Shown: positions 18,364-28,850 of the stretch, in pieces
Numbering within the stretch: the first letter of the stretch is position 1
Layout: each line of letters opens with the position of its first letter
Origin: Demequina sp.
GTDB lineage: Bacteria > Actinomycetota > Actinomycetes > Actinomycetales > Demequinaceae
DNA length: 48,016 nt
Direction of reading: 5' to 3'
NCBI GenBank assembly: GCA_046295115.1
Contig: JBKBNW010000001.1
Location: forward strand, 1 to 48,016
The notes under the pieces: model-generated
The model's database searches: none
What the model saw: the letters and a program-made list of their open reading frames with translations, nothing else
Told to the model about the DNA's origin: nothing
Program-made: the position numbers and the translations under genes

Positions 18364-21043
18364 GGACGCTCTTGCCGGCGTAGCTGGCGGGCACGAGCAT
18401 GTCCTGCCCGGTGGACTGATCGCGGACCGCCAGTGAACCGTCGTCGGCGATGCCGGTGACGGTGAACAACTGTCCGTTGATGACCCTGCCGAGGTAGGTG
18501 CGGTCATCGGAATACAGCTTGGAGTTGGTGCGGGCGATCACGGTGTCCCCGACACCAACGGTGTCTCCGCGAGCCACCTTGGTGGTGTGTGCGTCGTCGA
18601 CGAGCCCGTCGGCGATCCGGCTCGAGCGGATGACCTCGTTGAGAGTGTCGACATCGGTGTTGGTCGAGGCGATGATCAGCGACTGTCGGCCAGCGCCTGC
18701 GTCGGCCAGGAACGCTTGAGCGGCCTCGGTGAGCATCTGCTCGCGGTGCCCGCCGGTGATCCAGCCGCGCTCGTTGTAGAGAGCCAGGGCGCCGGGATCG
18801 CCGTCGCGCAGGCCCAGGGTTGCCTCGCATTGTTCGGTGTCTGCGCCCATGCGCATCACCTCGCGCAGCTCAGGCGCTGCGGGGGTGCGAGTCAGGTCGG
18901 CGAACAGACCACCTGTCTCCACTGCTGCGAGCTGCTTGGGGTCGCCGATCAGTCGCAGAACTGCCCCGGCCTCACGAGCGATCTCGGTCAGTGCGGCGAG
19001 GTTCTCGGTGCTGGCCATGCCCGCTTCGTCGACCAGAAGCATGTCCCCAGGTTTGATCGTGACCGGCAGTGCGTCAAGGGTCTTTCCGGGCAGGGTGGGG
19101 TGCTTGCCCATCCAGGTGAAGGTCAGTGAGTCGATGGTGTGACAGTCGGTGCCGATGTCGCCTGCGAGGACGGCCGCTGCTGCTGCGGAGGGTGCCAGAC
19201 CGATGACCGATCGGCCGGTGTCGCGCCAGGTTCGGGCGACGACCTTCATGGATGCGGTCTTGCCGGTCCCAGCCGGTCCCACGCCTGCGGCGAGCAGTGT
19301 TCCGGCACCGATGAGATGCGCCGCGAGGGCAGTTTGTCCGGCGTTGAGGGACCATCCTTCGGCGTCCTCGTGCGTCTTCAGTGCGCGGTCGAGATCGGCG
19401 CGGGTAGCGATCACCGCGACCGGCGTGTGGGCCGCCTCCAGGGTGGCGGTCTCGGCGTCGAGGACTGCCTGGGTGGTGTATTTCTCGGCGTTTGCGTGCC
19501 GGTCAATGCCGGCCCCGTCCGGCCCGGTCAACGCACCCGGAAGGTCCAGACTCTCCGGCGGGGTCAGCTGCACCACGAGCTCTCCCATGGCGGTGGCCAT
19601 GACCTGTTCGTGCGCCTGGTCCAGCGCCTCGGGGCCCTCGAATCGGTAGCCCTTGAGCACGGTGGAGACGGCGGTCTCGACGTGGGAACGGCGAAACTGC
19701 GCTCGCCGAGCTGTCACCGCGTCAACCGCCTGCTCGGCCACCTGTCGGGCGTGGACCTGGGCGTCGAACAGCTCCCGCGACAGCTGGCTCTGACCCTGCC
19801 CGGTGACCTCGCCAACCATGCTGTCCACCGCGTGCGCACCGACGACTCGTCCGGCCATCTCCCGCCAGGTGGCGCGGTGCTCGGCCAGTGATTGGGCGGG
19901 CTTTTTGGCGTCGCGGGTATCCAGGATGGCCTTCTGCCACAGGGCGTACGCGGCCCGCTGCGACGGCTGCCGGTTGTTCTTCTCAACGTACTCAGTGACG
20001 AGTCGGTCATAGACCGGCCTGGCCAGGGCCCGGCGGGAGGAGAAGGCGTCGATCAGGCGGCGGTCGATGCCCTTGACCTCCCAGATGGGTGCCTTGTCCG
20101 GGTGGGGGTAGTGGGCCTGGAACTCCACGCCCATTCGGCGGGTGAGCTTGTCGTGCAGGATCGCGTCATACCGAGCGGAAATGGCTTGGTGCATCTGATG
20201 GATCGCGCGAGAGTCCAGCGACAGCCACCGCCCGTCAGGGCCTTGGACCTTGTTGGCCACAAGGACGTGGGAGTGCAGGTCCGGGTCCCCGCACCGGGTA
20301 TCAAAATGGGTGAACTCCGAGGCGATGATCCCGCCGGTTGTGACCTGCTTGATACCGCCGGTCCCGACGCGCGTGTAGATCGCGTTGTCCTCGGCCCAGG
20401 CCAGTGCTTCGGCCACGGCTTCGTGATGCAGGGCGGCCACTTGGGAGGCAGTCTGCTCGTCGGCCAGCGCCCACAAGACGCTGACACTTTTCACCGGAGA
20501 GAACGTGAAATCGAACCCTGCAACCGCCTGGCGCACCTGGTCGCGTTCCCGGTTGACCCAGGCGATGACGTCCTTGCCGGAGGCGTGTTCGTAGCCGAAC
20601 TTCTCCGCGTAATACGGCCGTGCGGCGCCCTCGGCGATCTGGCCTCGTTCATCGGCGGTGGGGCGCCGCCCTTCGACAGCGAGGAACGTCTTTTCCGCGG
20701 CAGCGATGGCCTCCAGGACGTCGACGCTGCCGGTGTAGATAGGGAAGGATCGGCCGAGCTTGCAGGCCGACAGGCTGTGGCCGTCGGCCATCATCTGATC
20801 GGTGTCCGGGTGCAGACCCTCGCCGTACAGGCCAGCCATCTGCGCCTCGGTGACGACTGAACCAGAGACCACGGAATGGGAGTTCAGTCCCTGAAGTCCG
20901 CTACCGATCCACCATCCCGGCGGGGTCCCCTTAGCGGCGTAGTAGTCCGACAGGGACAGTCCCTGCGGGTCGGCGTCGTGGGTGGCCACCGAGCGCAGCA
21001 GGTACTGGTATCCAGTACCCGCGTGGACCGCCCGCAGACTCAT
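18353..21043 (-). pseudogene. MOBF relaxase-helicase 2, C-terminally truncated at VHLG*
   Basis: MSLRAVHAGTGYQYLL...DYYAAKGTPPG, HFDTRCGDPDLHSH, GPAGTGKT, VDEAGM. Stops just before the expected YAxTxxxxQGxTVD motif. Confidence 0.88.
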
Positions 21044-21293
21044 CACATACGCCAGCGTATGCGGCCCGTAACGGCCGCGTCTACGCGCCAGCACGCGCGC
21101 AGCGCTGACCAGCGGTTTTCCCTCCTTCACTGAGAGTGCCTACTGTGTGTGACGGTTTGAGCGAGCGCCAGCGAGTGTTGGGTCTGGCCACGACGGTGGC
21201 GGATCTACGGGGGCCAGTGTGAGCGACGAGGTGGTGGGATGGGGGAGTGGTTGGTGCTCGCGGGTGTCGTAGGGGTGCTCTAGGGTTTGGCCC

Positions 21294-21647
21294 ATGGCTA
21301 CGAAGACTGATTCGCGTTCCCAGACCGCGCGGGCTCGTGCCCGCCAGGCGATGGCGGACGAGTTGGAGCGGGCGCGCAAGCGCGAGTCCAAGCTCGTGGC
21401 GGTGTTCTCCGCGATCGACGCCCGCCAGGATGCAGAGGTCGCGCTGGGGGAGGCGCTGATCGAGCTGAAGGACCTCGGCGTTGCCCAGGCGGATTTGGCC
21501 GAGATGACCGGACTGTCCGCCCGTGATGTCGGCGCGGCGATCCGCGCCGCGAAGGGCCGTACCGCCACCGGGGACTCCACGTCAGAGACCACTGATGAGC
21601 ATGCGTCGGACACGGCCTCGGACCTCAACGGTGCCCAGTCACACTGA
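21294..21647 (+). CDS. Small helical/HTH protein divergent from relaxase 2 (mobilisation accessory-like)
   Basis: LKDLGVAQADLAEMTGLSARDV HTH-like segment. Position is typical of relaxase partner genes. Confidence 0.65.
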   Translation: MATKTDSRSQTARARARQAMADELERARKRESKLVAVFSAIDARQDAEVALGEALIELKDLGVAQADLAEMTGLSARDVGAAIRAAKGRTATGDSTSETTDEHASDTASDLNGAQSH

Positions 21648-22218
21648 CTCGCGCGCCAGCCTCGCGGGCGTCGAGGTTCCCCTGCCGGGCCTGGAACTGA
21701 TCGCGCCGGCTCCCGTGCTGTCTGGCGCGGTGCGGCGGTCGCGTCCCTACAGCTCGACGCTACCGCCGACCCGGGCGGCGATCGACGCATTCTGGTCGCG
21801 GGTGGTCAAAGCGCCCGGCGATGGCTGCTGGTTCCTAATCTCAGCGATCAGCGGTATCGATGGCTACACGCGCATCTCCTGGAGATCCGGTGGTGTCAGC
21901 CGCACCGAATCCGGGCACCGGTTCGCACTGCTGTTGGCCGGCCAGCTCGACGACGGTGTCGTAGCCGAGCACCGCTGCAACGAACCGCTCTGCGTACGCG
22001 TCCACCCTGCGCATGTGATTGCCTCCACCCAAACAGCCAACCTGCGCTACGCGGTGGCCTGCGGACGCGCCGGCGACAACCGACGGCCGGGCACGTCACA
22101 CGACCGCAGGGCGCGCTCTGTGGCGGTCCGCGACGCCATCCGGCACGGCTGGGACCCGGTCACCTACGCCGCCGCCTCGGGCATCACCCCACCACCTGCG
22201 CACCCCACCCTGTTCTAA
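21631..22218 (+). CDS. HNH endonuclease-like protein
   Basis: FWSRVVK...GCW...GY...HRFA...EHRCNEPLCV...H...N. Start uncertain. Confidence 0.75.
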   Translation: MPSHTDSRASLAGVEVPLPGLELIAPAPVLSGAVRRSRPYSSTLPPTRAAIDAFWSRVVKAPGDGCWFLISAISGIDGYTRISWRSGGVSRTESGHRFALLLAGQLDDGVVAEHRCNEPLCVRVHPAHVIASTQTANLRYAVACGRAGDNRRPGTSHDRRARSVAVRDAIRHGWDPVTYAAASGITPPPAHPTLF

Positions 22219-22244
22219 AACTCCCGCTACGCTCAAAGGAAGAC

Positions 22245-22283
22245 ACACGGGCCCCGCCAGTGGCGGGGTCCGTGTCCTTTTTT
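22245..22283 (+). terminator. Intrinsic terminator
   Basis: ACACGGGCCCCGCCA-G-TGGCGGGGTCCGTGT followed by CC-T6. An outer stem CCCGCTAC/GTAGCGGG is also present. Confidence 0.75.
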
Positions 22284-22336
22284 GTAGCGGGTCCAGGTTG
22301 TGTCAGCGGGCCGGACCGACCAGTACGGCTGCGTGG

Positions 22337-23116
22337 TCAGGTGGGGAAGGTTCCGTGGCGTCCTGCGCCGTCGGCGAATCGAGCGGCACCGCCGGCGCCG
22401 TCGGTGGCCAGAGACTCCAACCCAACACCGATCTCGTATCCCATGGCGTCGGCCTCGGACTGTCCGAACTGCTGCATGACCGAGAGCCGGTCATTGCGCA
22501 TGCACGTCTGCGGGAACCCGGTTAGGTCTCGGGCGAGCTGCTTCGCCGCCTGGAGCGCGGTGCCGGCCTCGACGACCCGGTTGGCCAGGCCGAAGTCGAG
22601 CGCCTCTGCCGCGTCGACGGCGCGGCCGGTCAGGATCATGTCCATGGCTCGGCTCTGGCCGATCAGCCGGGGCAGCCTGACCGTGCCCCCGTCGATGAGA
22701 GGAACTCCCCACCGGCGGCAGAACACCCCGAACGTGGCATCGGATGCCACCACGCGCAGATCGCACCAGATCGCCAGCTCGAGCCCGCCCGCCACCGCAA
22801 AGCCCTCTATTGCGGCGATCACCGGTTTGGACAGTGCCATGCGGGTGGGGCCCATCGGGCCATCCCCGTCAACGGCCACGGTGTTCTGGGAGGCGGTGCC
22901 CACCGCTTTCAGGTCGGCACCGGCGCAGAAGTTACCCCCCTCGCCGTAAAGCACCGCGACGTCCGCGTGGTCATCGTTGTCGAAGTCACTAAAGGCGCGG
23001 GCAAGCTCGGCGGCCATCGGCCCATCGACGGCGTTGCGCCGCTCAGGGCGGGCCAGAGTCACCGTGGTGATGCGGTCGCGAGTGTCCACCCTGATCGATT
23101 CGTAGGCAGCACTCAT
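22337..23116 (-). CDS. Enoyl-CoA hydratase/crotonase
   Basis: FCAGADL, KPVIAAIEGFAVAGGLELA, WGVPLIDGGT. Confidence 0.93.
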   Translation of the reverse strand: MSAAYESIRVDTRDRITTVTLARPERRNAVDGPMAAELARAFSDFDNDDHADVAVLYGEGGNFCAGADLKAVGTASQNTVAVDGDGPMGPTRMALSKPVIAAIEGFAVAGGLELAIWCDLRVVASDATFGVFCRRWGVPLIDGGTVRLPRLIGQSRAMDMILTGRAVDAAEALDFGLANRVVEAGTALQAAKQLARDLTGFPQTCMRNDRLSVMQQFGQSEADAMGYEIGVGLESLATDGAGGAARFADGAGRHGTFPT

Positions 23117-24648
23117 GACTGGCTGTCCTCCCAGAGGGGATCGCGCAGCGCCCGGCGCAGGATCTTGCCCACCGCCGACTTCGGAATAGTGTCGGTGAAC
23201 ACAATCTTCTTGGGCACCTTGTAACCGGCGAGGGTGTCGCGCACGGTCTGCTGCAGCTCGGCCTCGGTGACCTCGGCGCCGGGGACCAGCGAGACGAACG
23301 CCGTGACCGCCTCCACCCACGTGGGATCGGGCGCGCCGACGACGGCGCACTCGGCCACCGCCGGGTGCGCGGCCAGGGCGTCCTCGACCTCGCGGGGATA
23401 GACGTTGTAGCCGCCGGAGATGATCATGTCGCTACGGCGATCAACCAGGAAGTAGTAGCCGCGCTCGTCGACGTAGGCCATGTCCCGGGTCCGGATCCAA
23501 CCATCAGAGGTGAGCATCTCGGCGTTGAGCTCGTCGGCGTCGTAGTAGCCGACCATTTGCGAGGGCATGCGCACCACCATCTCGCCGATCTCGCCCACGC
23601 CGACCTCATTGCCGTCCTCGCCAACAAGACGGATCTCGACGCCCTTAGCTGCGCGACCGCACGAGCCCAGCAGAGACGGATCCCGGTGATCCTCCTTGGA
23701 CAAGACAGTGATGACCAACGGGGCTTCGGTCTGTCCGTAGTACTGCATGAAGATCGGGCCCATCTCGTCCATGGCGCGACCGATCAACGGGCGCGGCATG
23801 GGACTGGCCCCGTACAGAATCGTCTTCAGCGACGACAGGTCAGCCTGGCCCACCTGCCCGCTGGCCAGCAGCATCCCGAGCATGGTGGGCACCATGTTCA
23901 CCTCGGTGGCCCGGTACCGCGTAATCGCCTCGAGGAAACCGGTGGGTTCGAAGCCGGGCAGGATCGCCGAGGCCGCGCCGCGGACCCAGTACGGCAGCAC
24001 GAACGTGCCGCTGGCATGGATCAACGACGCCGCGTGCAACATGACCGATCCAGGCTCCGGGGAGAAGACATTCGCCAAAATGTTGGCGGCCACCGCCCCG
24101 TACGTGCCCTGGGTGTGGGTGGCCGCCTTGAGAACCCCCGTCGTGCCCGAAGTGTGCAGGATCAGCAGCGGATCATCGGCGCTCAGCGGCACCTGCGGGC
24201 CCTCGCCCGACACCTCGCCCGCGGCCCCCAGAAGATCGACGCCCCCACCCGCAGCCCGGGCGCCCAGGCCAAGAACGGTCAACCCGGCAATGCGCTCGCG
24301 CAACTGCCCGGCAGGTGCGGCCAGATCCGGATCGTGCACCAGGGTCGTCGCGCTTGTTCCGCGAATCATGCGCTCGTGCTCGTCGACCGAGAGCCGACCG
24401 TTGAGCGGAACCCGGGCGATACCCGCCTTGACGCACGCAAAGTCCAGCGCCACCGTCCACAGACCGTTGCCGGCCAGAATCGCCAGCTTGTCGCCCCTGC
24501 CCAGACCACTGCCGATCAACACATTCGCGAAGCGGTTCGACATCTCATCGACCTGCCGGAACGTCAACTGCTCGTCACCGAAGTACACGGCCACGTTGTC
24601 ACCGAAGCGCCGTGCGCCTTCACGGATGTAGTCGACTGCGAGCTCCAT
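23113..24648 (-). CDS. Acyl-CoA synthetase (AMP-binding)
   Basis: HTSGTTGVLK, YGQTE, DMIISGGYNVYPREVE, PKSAVGK. Confidence 0.95.
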   Translation of the reverse strand: MELAVDYIREGARRFGDNVAVYFGDEQLTFRQVDEMSNRFANVLIGSGLGRGDKLAILAGNGLWTVALDFACVKAGIARVPLNGRLSVDEHERMIRGTSATTLVHDPDLAAPAGQLRERIAGLTVLGLGARAAGGGVDLLGAAGEVSGEGPQVPLSADDPLLILHTSGTTGVLKAATHTQGTYGAVAANILANVFSPEPGSVMLHAASLIHASGTFVLPYWVRGAASAILPGFEPTGFLEAITRYRATEVNMVPTMLGMLLASGQVGQADLSSLKTILYGASPMPRPLIGRAMDEMGPIFMQYYGQTEAPLVITVLSKEDHRDPSLLGSCGRAAKGVEIRLVGEDGNEVGVGEIGEMVVRMPSQMVGYYDADELNAEMLTSDGWIRTRDMAYVDERGYYFLVDRRSDMIISGGYNVYPREVEDALAAHPAVAECAVVGAPDPTWVEAVTAFVSLVPGAEVTEAELQQTVRDTLAGYKVPKKIVFTDTIPKSAVGKILRRALRDPLWEDSQS

Positions 24649-24662
24649 ACGAACCCTCCAAA

Positions 24663-24686
24663 GAAACAGACTGTTTGGTCGGTTTC
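24663..24686. promoter_or_regulatory. TetR operator candidate
   Basis: GAAACAGAC-N6-GTCGGTTTC (1 mismatch) in the 53-bp divergent gap. Confidence 0.6.
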
Positions 24687-24701
24687 AGTAGACTGCATGG
24701 C

Positions 24702-25310
24702 GTGACGGAAATCCAGGATTCGGCGAAAGTTCGTCAGACCAGGTGGTTCCAGACCCGTGGGGCGCTGCTGGACGCGACCGTGACCTCGCTTGTCCGCCAC
24801 GGCCACTCCGGGACGACCATGGCGCGGATCCAGGAGTACGCCGGGGTCTCCCGCGGTTCCCTCACCCATCACTTCGGGTCGATGCAGGAGCTGCTGGTGG
24901 CGGCGATCAGCCATGTCGCCGAAGGCCAGCTCGCCCAGGTCACAGACTTCGCCGAGACGCTCGCGCCCGACCACGACCCCGACGAGCTGGTCGGTCTGCT
25001 GCACCGCTTCATGTCCGGGCCGATGTTCGTGGCCGGGCTCGAACTCTGGCTAGCCGCACGCACCGACAATGAACTGAGGCGGGCACTGGTTCCGGTGGAG
25101 AAGGACTTCGGATACCGCATGCGCAGCGCACTGCAAGACAGGGGAGTGGTCGGGCCCGGCGCCAGGATCAGTCGCGCCGATCTGGAGATGCTGTTCGTCC
25201 TACTGCGCGGCCTGGCCGTCACCCAGATCCTGCGCGAGGACGACACCACCCAGCGACGCATCCTCTCCGACTGGGCAGACCAGCTCCGACGCAGGCCCCC
25301 GACCACATAA
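24702..25310 (+). CDS. TetR-family regulator
   Basis: TRGALLDAT...IQEYAGVSRGSLTHHF...ELWLAARTD. Confidence 0.9.
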   Translation: MTEIQDSAKVRQTRWFQTRGALLDATVTSLVRHGHSGTTMARIQEYAGVSRGSLTHHFGSMQELLVAAISHVAEGQLAQVTDFAETLAPDHDPDELVGLLHRFMSGPMFVAGLELWLAARTDNELRRALVPVEKDFGYRMRSALQDRGVVGPGARISRADLEMLFVLLRGLAVTQILREDDTTQRRILSDWADQLRRRPPTT

Positions 25311-25464
25311 GCAGGCGAAGCAGCCGTGCCTGGACCCAGCCAGATCAGCAAGCCACGGCACACCCCAACACCACCGGCCCATCCGGAGCGCAACGCGCCA
25401 GGCTAGCCCGGCCCTGCTGGCGAGATACCTTGCATCCACCGGCCCCCAGGGGCGGGTGTGCCCG

Positions 25465-26022
25465 TCAGTTCCCGCGGTCGGTGTCAGCGCTTCGCAGGGA
25501 GTCCAGCACCTCTCGCAGTGTGTCTGAGGTGGCCTCCGCCCGGACCCGTGCCCGGTCGGCCTGCTCGGCCTTGGCGCGCGCGTCGCTGGCGTCTTTGAGC
25601 GCGGTGGCGAGCTGGTCGCGCAGCTGCTCGACCTCGCCGCGCACTGCCTCGAGCTCGCCGAGTGCCAGGTCGCGGGACGCGACCGCGCCGTCACGCTCGG
25701 CGGCAGCCTGCTCGGCCGCCTCCAGGGCGTGGGCCTCACCCGCGCGAGCGGCATCGAGCGCCACCGCGACCTGCTCGTCCGCCTGCTCCGCGGCCCGCTT
25801 CCACGCCGCAGCCCACACCGAGGCCACCATCGCCGACATCGCCTCCGACAAATCCGGCGCCGCCGGCACATCCCCGGCCGCCCCGCCGGCATGCTCGCGC
25901 ATCCACGCGGCCACCTCGCCGATCCGCACCCCCGCTTCGCGCTGAACGGCCCGCACGGTGATCTTCTCGCCCCGCGCGAGGAGCACCCCATAGGCGCGAG
26001 CGATCTTCTCCGACGTCGACAT
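25465..26022 (-). CDS. KfrA-like DNA-binding coiled-coil protein
   Basis: N-terminal GEKITVRAVQREAGV, Ala/Glu coiled coil, GGAGG RBS. Confidence 0.7.
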   Translation of the reverse strand: MSTSEKIARAYGVLLARGEKITVRAVQREAGVRIGEVAAWMREHAGGAAGDVPAAPDLSEAMSAMVASVWAAAWKRAAEQADEQVAVALDAARAGEAHALEAAEQAAAERDGAVASRDLALGELEAVRGEVEQLRDQLATALKDASDARAKAEQADRARVRAEATSDTLREVLDSLRSADTDRGN

Positions 26023-26045
26023 GGCAGTCCCTCCGATTCGGCTAC

Positions 26046-26091
26046 GCGGTAATGGGTAACCGGTAACGTTCCCGGTTACCGATGTTACCGC
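26046..26091. promoter_or_regulatory. Operator of six GGTAAC-like units in inverted arrangement
   Basis: GCGGTAATGGGTAACCGGTAAC|GTTCCCGGTTACCGATGTTACCGC directly upstream of the kfrA-like gene. Confidence 0.7.
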
Positions 26092-26349
26092 ATCCCGCGT
26101 TCGGCGGGTAGTCCGTGCAAGGTGTGGCGCGGTGACCGTGGGGGATGGGTGCCCGTCGGTGCGGGTACCACCGGCGGCGAACCAGATGAGGCCCCAGGGC
26201 GGGGCGCGGGCCCCTTTACCCTCGGCCGACCCAAAGGGCGAGGACTCCAGCGAGCAGGAGCCCTCGAAAACACAACGCTGGCGCCACCCGGCCGGGCTTC
26301 TGCCTACAGAGCGCCGGACGCGGGCAATCACATGGAGCACAACTCCGCA

Positions 26350-26373
26350 TCCTGTACACTTTCACGTACAGGA
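26350..26373. promoter_or_regulatory. yefM-yoeB operator
   Basis: TCCTGTAC-N8-GTACAGGA. TGTACA cores are the established YefM operator motif. Confidence 0.75.
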
Positions 26374-26382
26374 GGGGTTGGA

Positions 26383-26640
26383 ATGAAGACAATGAGCTAC
26401 ACCGAGTCCCGGGCCCGCTACGCCGAGGTCCTCGACGGGGTCACCAACGACCGCGAAGAGGTCATCATCACCCGCGCCGGCCACGAACCGGTAGTGATGG
26501 TCTCCCTCGACGACTACGAGTCCCTGCGCGAGACCGCCCACCTCATGCGATCACCGGCCAATGCCCGACGCCTGCTCGATGCGATGGAGCGGCTCGAGTC
26601 CGGCCGCGGTCAGGCGCGCGACCTGCTCGACGCCGACTGA
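26383..26640 (+). CDS. yefM: Phd/YefM antitoxin
   Basis: MSYTESRARYAEVLDGV...SLRETAHLMRSPANARRL. Confidence 0.93.
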   Translation: MKTMSYTESRARYAEVLDGVTNDREEVIITRAGHEPVVMVSLDDYESLRETAHLMRSPANARRLLDAMERLESGRGQARDLLDAD

Positions 26641-26641
26641 C

Positions 26642-26899
26642 GTGCTGCTTGTCTGGGACGACAACGCCTGGCAGGACTACCTCTGGTGGCAACAGCAGGA
26701 CCGCAAGATCCTCAAGCGCATCAACCTGCTTCTGCAGGACATCACACGCAACGGCAACGAAGGGATCGGCAAACCCGAACCCCTCAAATACGACTTCGCC
26801 GGATATTGGTCCAGACGCATCACCGACGAGCACCGACTCGTCTACAAAGTCACCGAAACCGAAGTCCGTATCGCCACCTGCCGCTACCACTACGGATGA
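26642..26899 (+). CDS. yoeB: Txe/YoeB toxin
   Basis: AWQDYLWWQ...GIGKPEPLK...WSRRITDEHRLVY...CRYHY. Confidence 0.95.
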   Translation: MLLVWDDNAWQDYLWWQQQDRKILKRINLLLQDITRNGNEGIGKPEPLKYDFAGYWSRRITDEHRLVYKVTETEVRIATCRYHYG

Positions 26900-27044
26900 T
26901 TTTGCTGCCCACGCCGCATGCGACCGGAATACAGCCCCCAAAAGGCCCTTGGCATGAAGCGTCAAAGAATGGTATTGCGCGTTATTTATCCGCCTCATGC
27001 ATACTGTGATCCTGCAAGGACAGGCATCACAGTAGGGGGAAGCA

Positions 27045-27377
27045 ATGGCTCAGCAATTTCAGGTGAGATTCATCGACGATCTCGACGGAACAGACCTAGG
27101 CGAGACGTCGAACACTATTTCTTTTGCCTTTGAGGGCAAGGAGTACGCCATTGACCTCAGCGATGACAACGCCGAGGCGTTCCGCGAGGCCGTAGCGCCG
27201 TACATCGAGGCCGGCCATCGAGTGACCGGAAGCAAGGCCAAGACCGCCCGCAAAACTGCGGCCCCGTCCGGAAACACTAAAGCGATACGCGAGTGGGCCC
27301 GCAACAATGGCTACGACGTCTCCGACCGCGGACGAATTCCCGCGGACGTGGCCGACGCGTACGCAGCGGCCAACTAG
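27045..27377 (+). CDS. lsr2: Lsr2 nucleoid-associated protein
   Basis: IDDLDG...YAIDLS...[19 protein letters not shown] (RGR AT-hook). Confidence 0.95.
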   Translation: MAQQFQVRFIDDLDGTDLGETSNTISFAFEGKEYAIDLSDDNAEAFREAVAPYIEAGHRVTGSKAKTARKTAAPSGNTKAIREWARNNGYDVSDRGRIPADVADAYAAAN

Positions 27378-27492
27378 GCCGACAGCCCGGCGCCCCCAGA
27401 AGTAATCGCCAAACCCGCTCAGGGCAGCCGCGTCCAAAACCTGCCCTGAGCGGACATCGCGCCAGAAAAGCGCTCCTGCCAGCGACTATGTT

Positions 27493-27520
27493 AACGCCGA
27501 TAACTTACGTTATGACAAGT
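27493..27520. other. dif-like XerC/XerD recombination site
   Basis: AACGCCGATAA-CTTACG-TTATGACAAGT, 11-6-11 layout. Resembles the recalled actinobacterial dif consensus GCCGATAA-N6-TTATGTCAAGT. Confidence 0.75.
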
Positions 27521-27925
27521 AGACGATGCCGAGTTGTGAATCTCGCGAACTCGACCGCTCCCCGAACTGCTCGCACGTTCGTCCGGTCTCGCACTGGCAA
27601 CTCGGCACCTCAGAACTCGGCACTTCATCAGCAGGCGCGGTGGGCGCGACTGGTGGAGCTGCTCGGTCTGAGGCTGTGCGCGATTCCGTTGCCCCCTGTG
27701 TGGGCGTGGTCGGAGACATTCCGAAAGCCGACCTTCTTGCCCCACACGGGCATATCGCCGTCTGGCGGGTTCGCCTGCGACAGATAGGCAACGGCGTGCC
27801 ACAGGATCTCGTTTTCTTGCCCCTAAGAGTGGAGTCCACTGTGGCCGTCACGCGGCAACTATTCTCGACTGCGGCTGCTCGCGGCATCGTCCGGCCTCGA
27901 AGCCAGCGACTTACCATGACCAAGG

Positions 27926-28555
27926 TCATTGCGGCGTTCCTTGCGGTGCCAATGTCTCGGTGACGCGAACACTCAGTTCCGGCTTGTCGTCGCCTTCGGT
28001 GTGAGTGAACGTCCCAAGATGGGACCACATCGAGTCCACGAGCGGCTGGAGGAACAAACGGCCCAGCTGAGTGACGATGACGTCGACCACCTGAACAGCA
28101 TCGGCGCGGACCCTAGACGCCGCACCAGACTGCCGCATAGCTATCACTTCCCGGTGTGTCAGCTCGGTGAGCCGTTCGAGTAACTCACCTCGCTGACCGC
28201 CGGGATCTAGCAACGCGCGGCGCAGGTAGTTCACCACCTCGGGACGCCTGACCAGCATGTCGGCAACCGCCTCGTTGCGGATCCGGGCGATGTCGGCGCC
28301 TGGGACGTCCACGGGCGCCGAGGCAAGTGCGGTAGCGAAATGCTCTACGACCAGTCGCTCGACCGCCCCGCGCAGGCCGTCCTTCGTGCCGTAGTGATGG
28401 ACCACGAGACCCACCGTCACCCCGGCCGCGGTCGCCACGGTTCGCAACGAAGTGCCGTCCTCGCCGTTGGCGGCGTAGAGATCCAGTGCGGCGTTGCGGA
28501 TGCGCGCCTTGGCAGTGAGATCCTGGCCCGCGGCGCCTGGTGCGGAACGATTCAC
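27926..28555 (-). CDS. TetR-family regulator
   Basis: DLTAKARIRNAAL...VATAAGVTVGLVVHHYGTKDGL. Confidence 0.9.
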   Translation of the reverse strand: MNRSAPGAAGQDLTAKARIRNAALDLYAANGEDGTSLRTVATAAGVTVGLVVHHYGTKDGLRGAVERLVVEHFATALASAPVDVPGADIARIRNEAVADMLVRRPEVVNYLRRALLDPGGQRGELLERLTELTHREVIAMRQSGAASRVRADAVQVVDVIVTQLGRLFLQPLVDSMWSHLGTFTHTEGDDKPELSVRVTETLAPQGTPQ

Positions 28556-28850
28556 GCGGTTCCCCTTCAGTTGCGGTCGAGCCTACGGACCCCAAACTAG
28601 ACTATACGTCGGTACCGCATACTGTATGTTCGTACAGTACATGGTGTCCCGGCTCAGTCGGCCTTGTCGACCTGACTATCGTGCCGTCGGCAGCCAGTTG
28701 CTCAGGCCACCCGCATCGGGCCTCAGGGCCCCTTGGACGTCCCGGTCGAGGTTGGGTCACGGGTCGGACGTGCGGGTGTCGGCGATATCTCCGTCGCCAT
28801 GAGCAGAGGTGTCACACCCAGCACAACTTCATCGACAGGAAGGTCTGGAC

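Noticed and set aside
27599-27627. Tandem AACTCGGCAC(C/T)TCA duplication
   Set aside because: Only two copies and no associated gene or end structure could be supported.
27947-27972. IS481-like end TGTTCGCGTCACCGAGACATTGGCAC
   Set aside because: Lies in frame within the TetR C-terminus, with no partner end or transposase.
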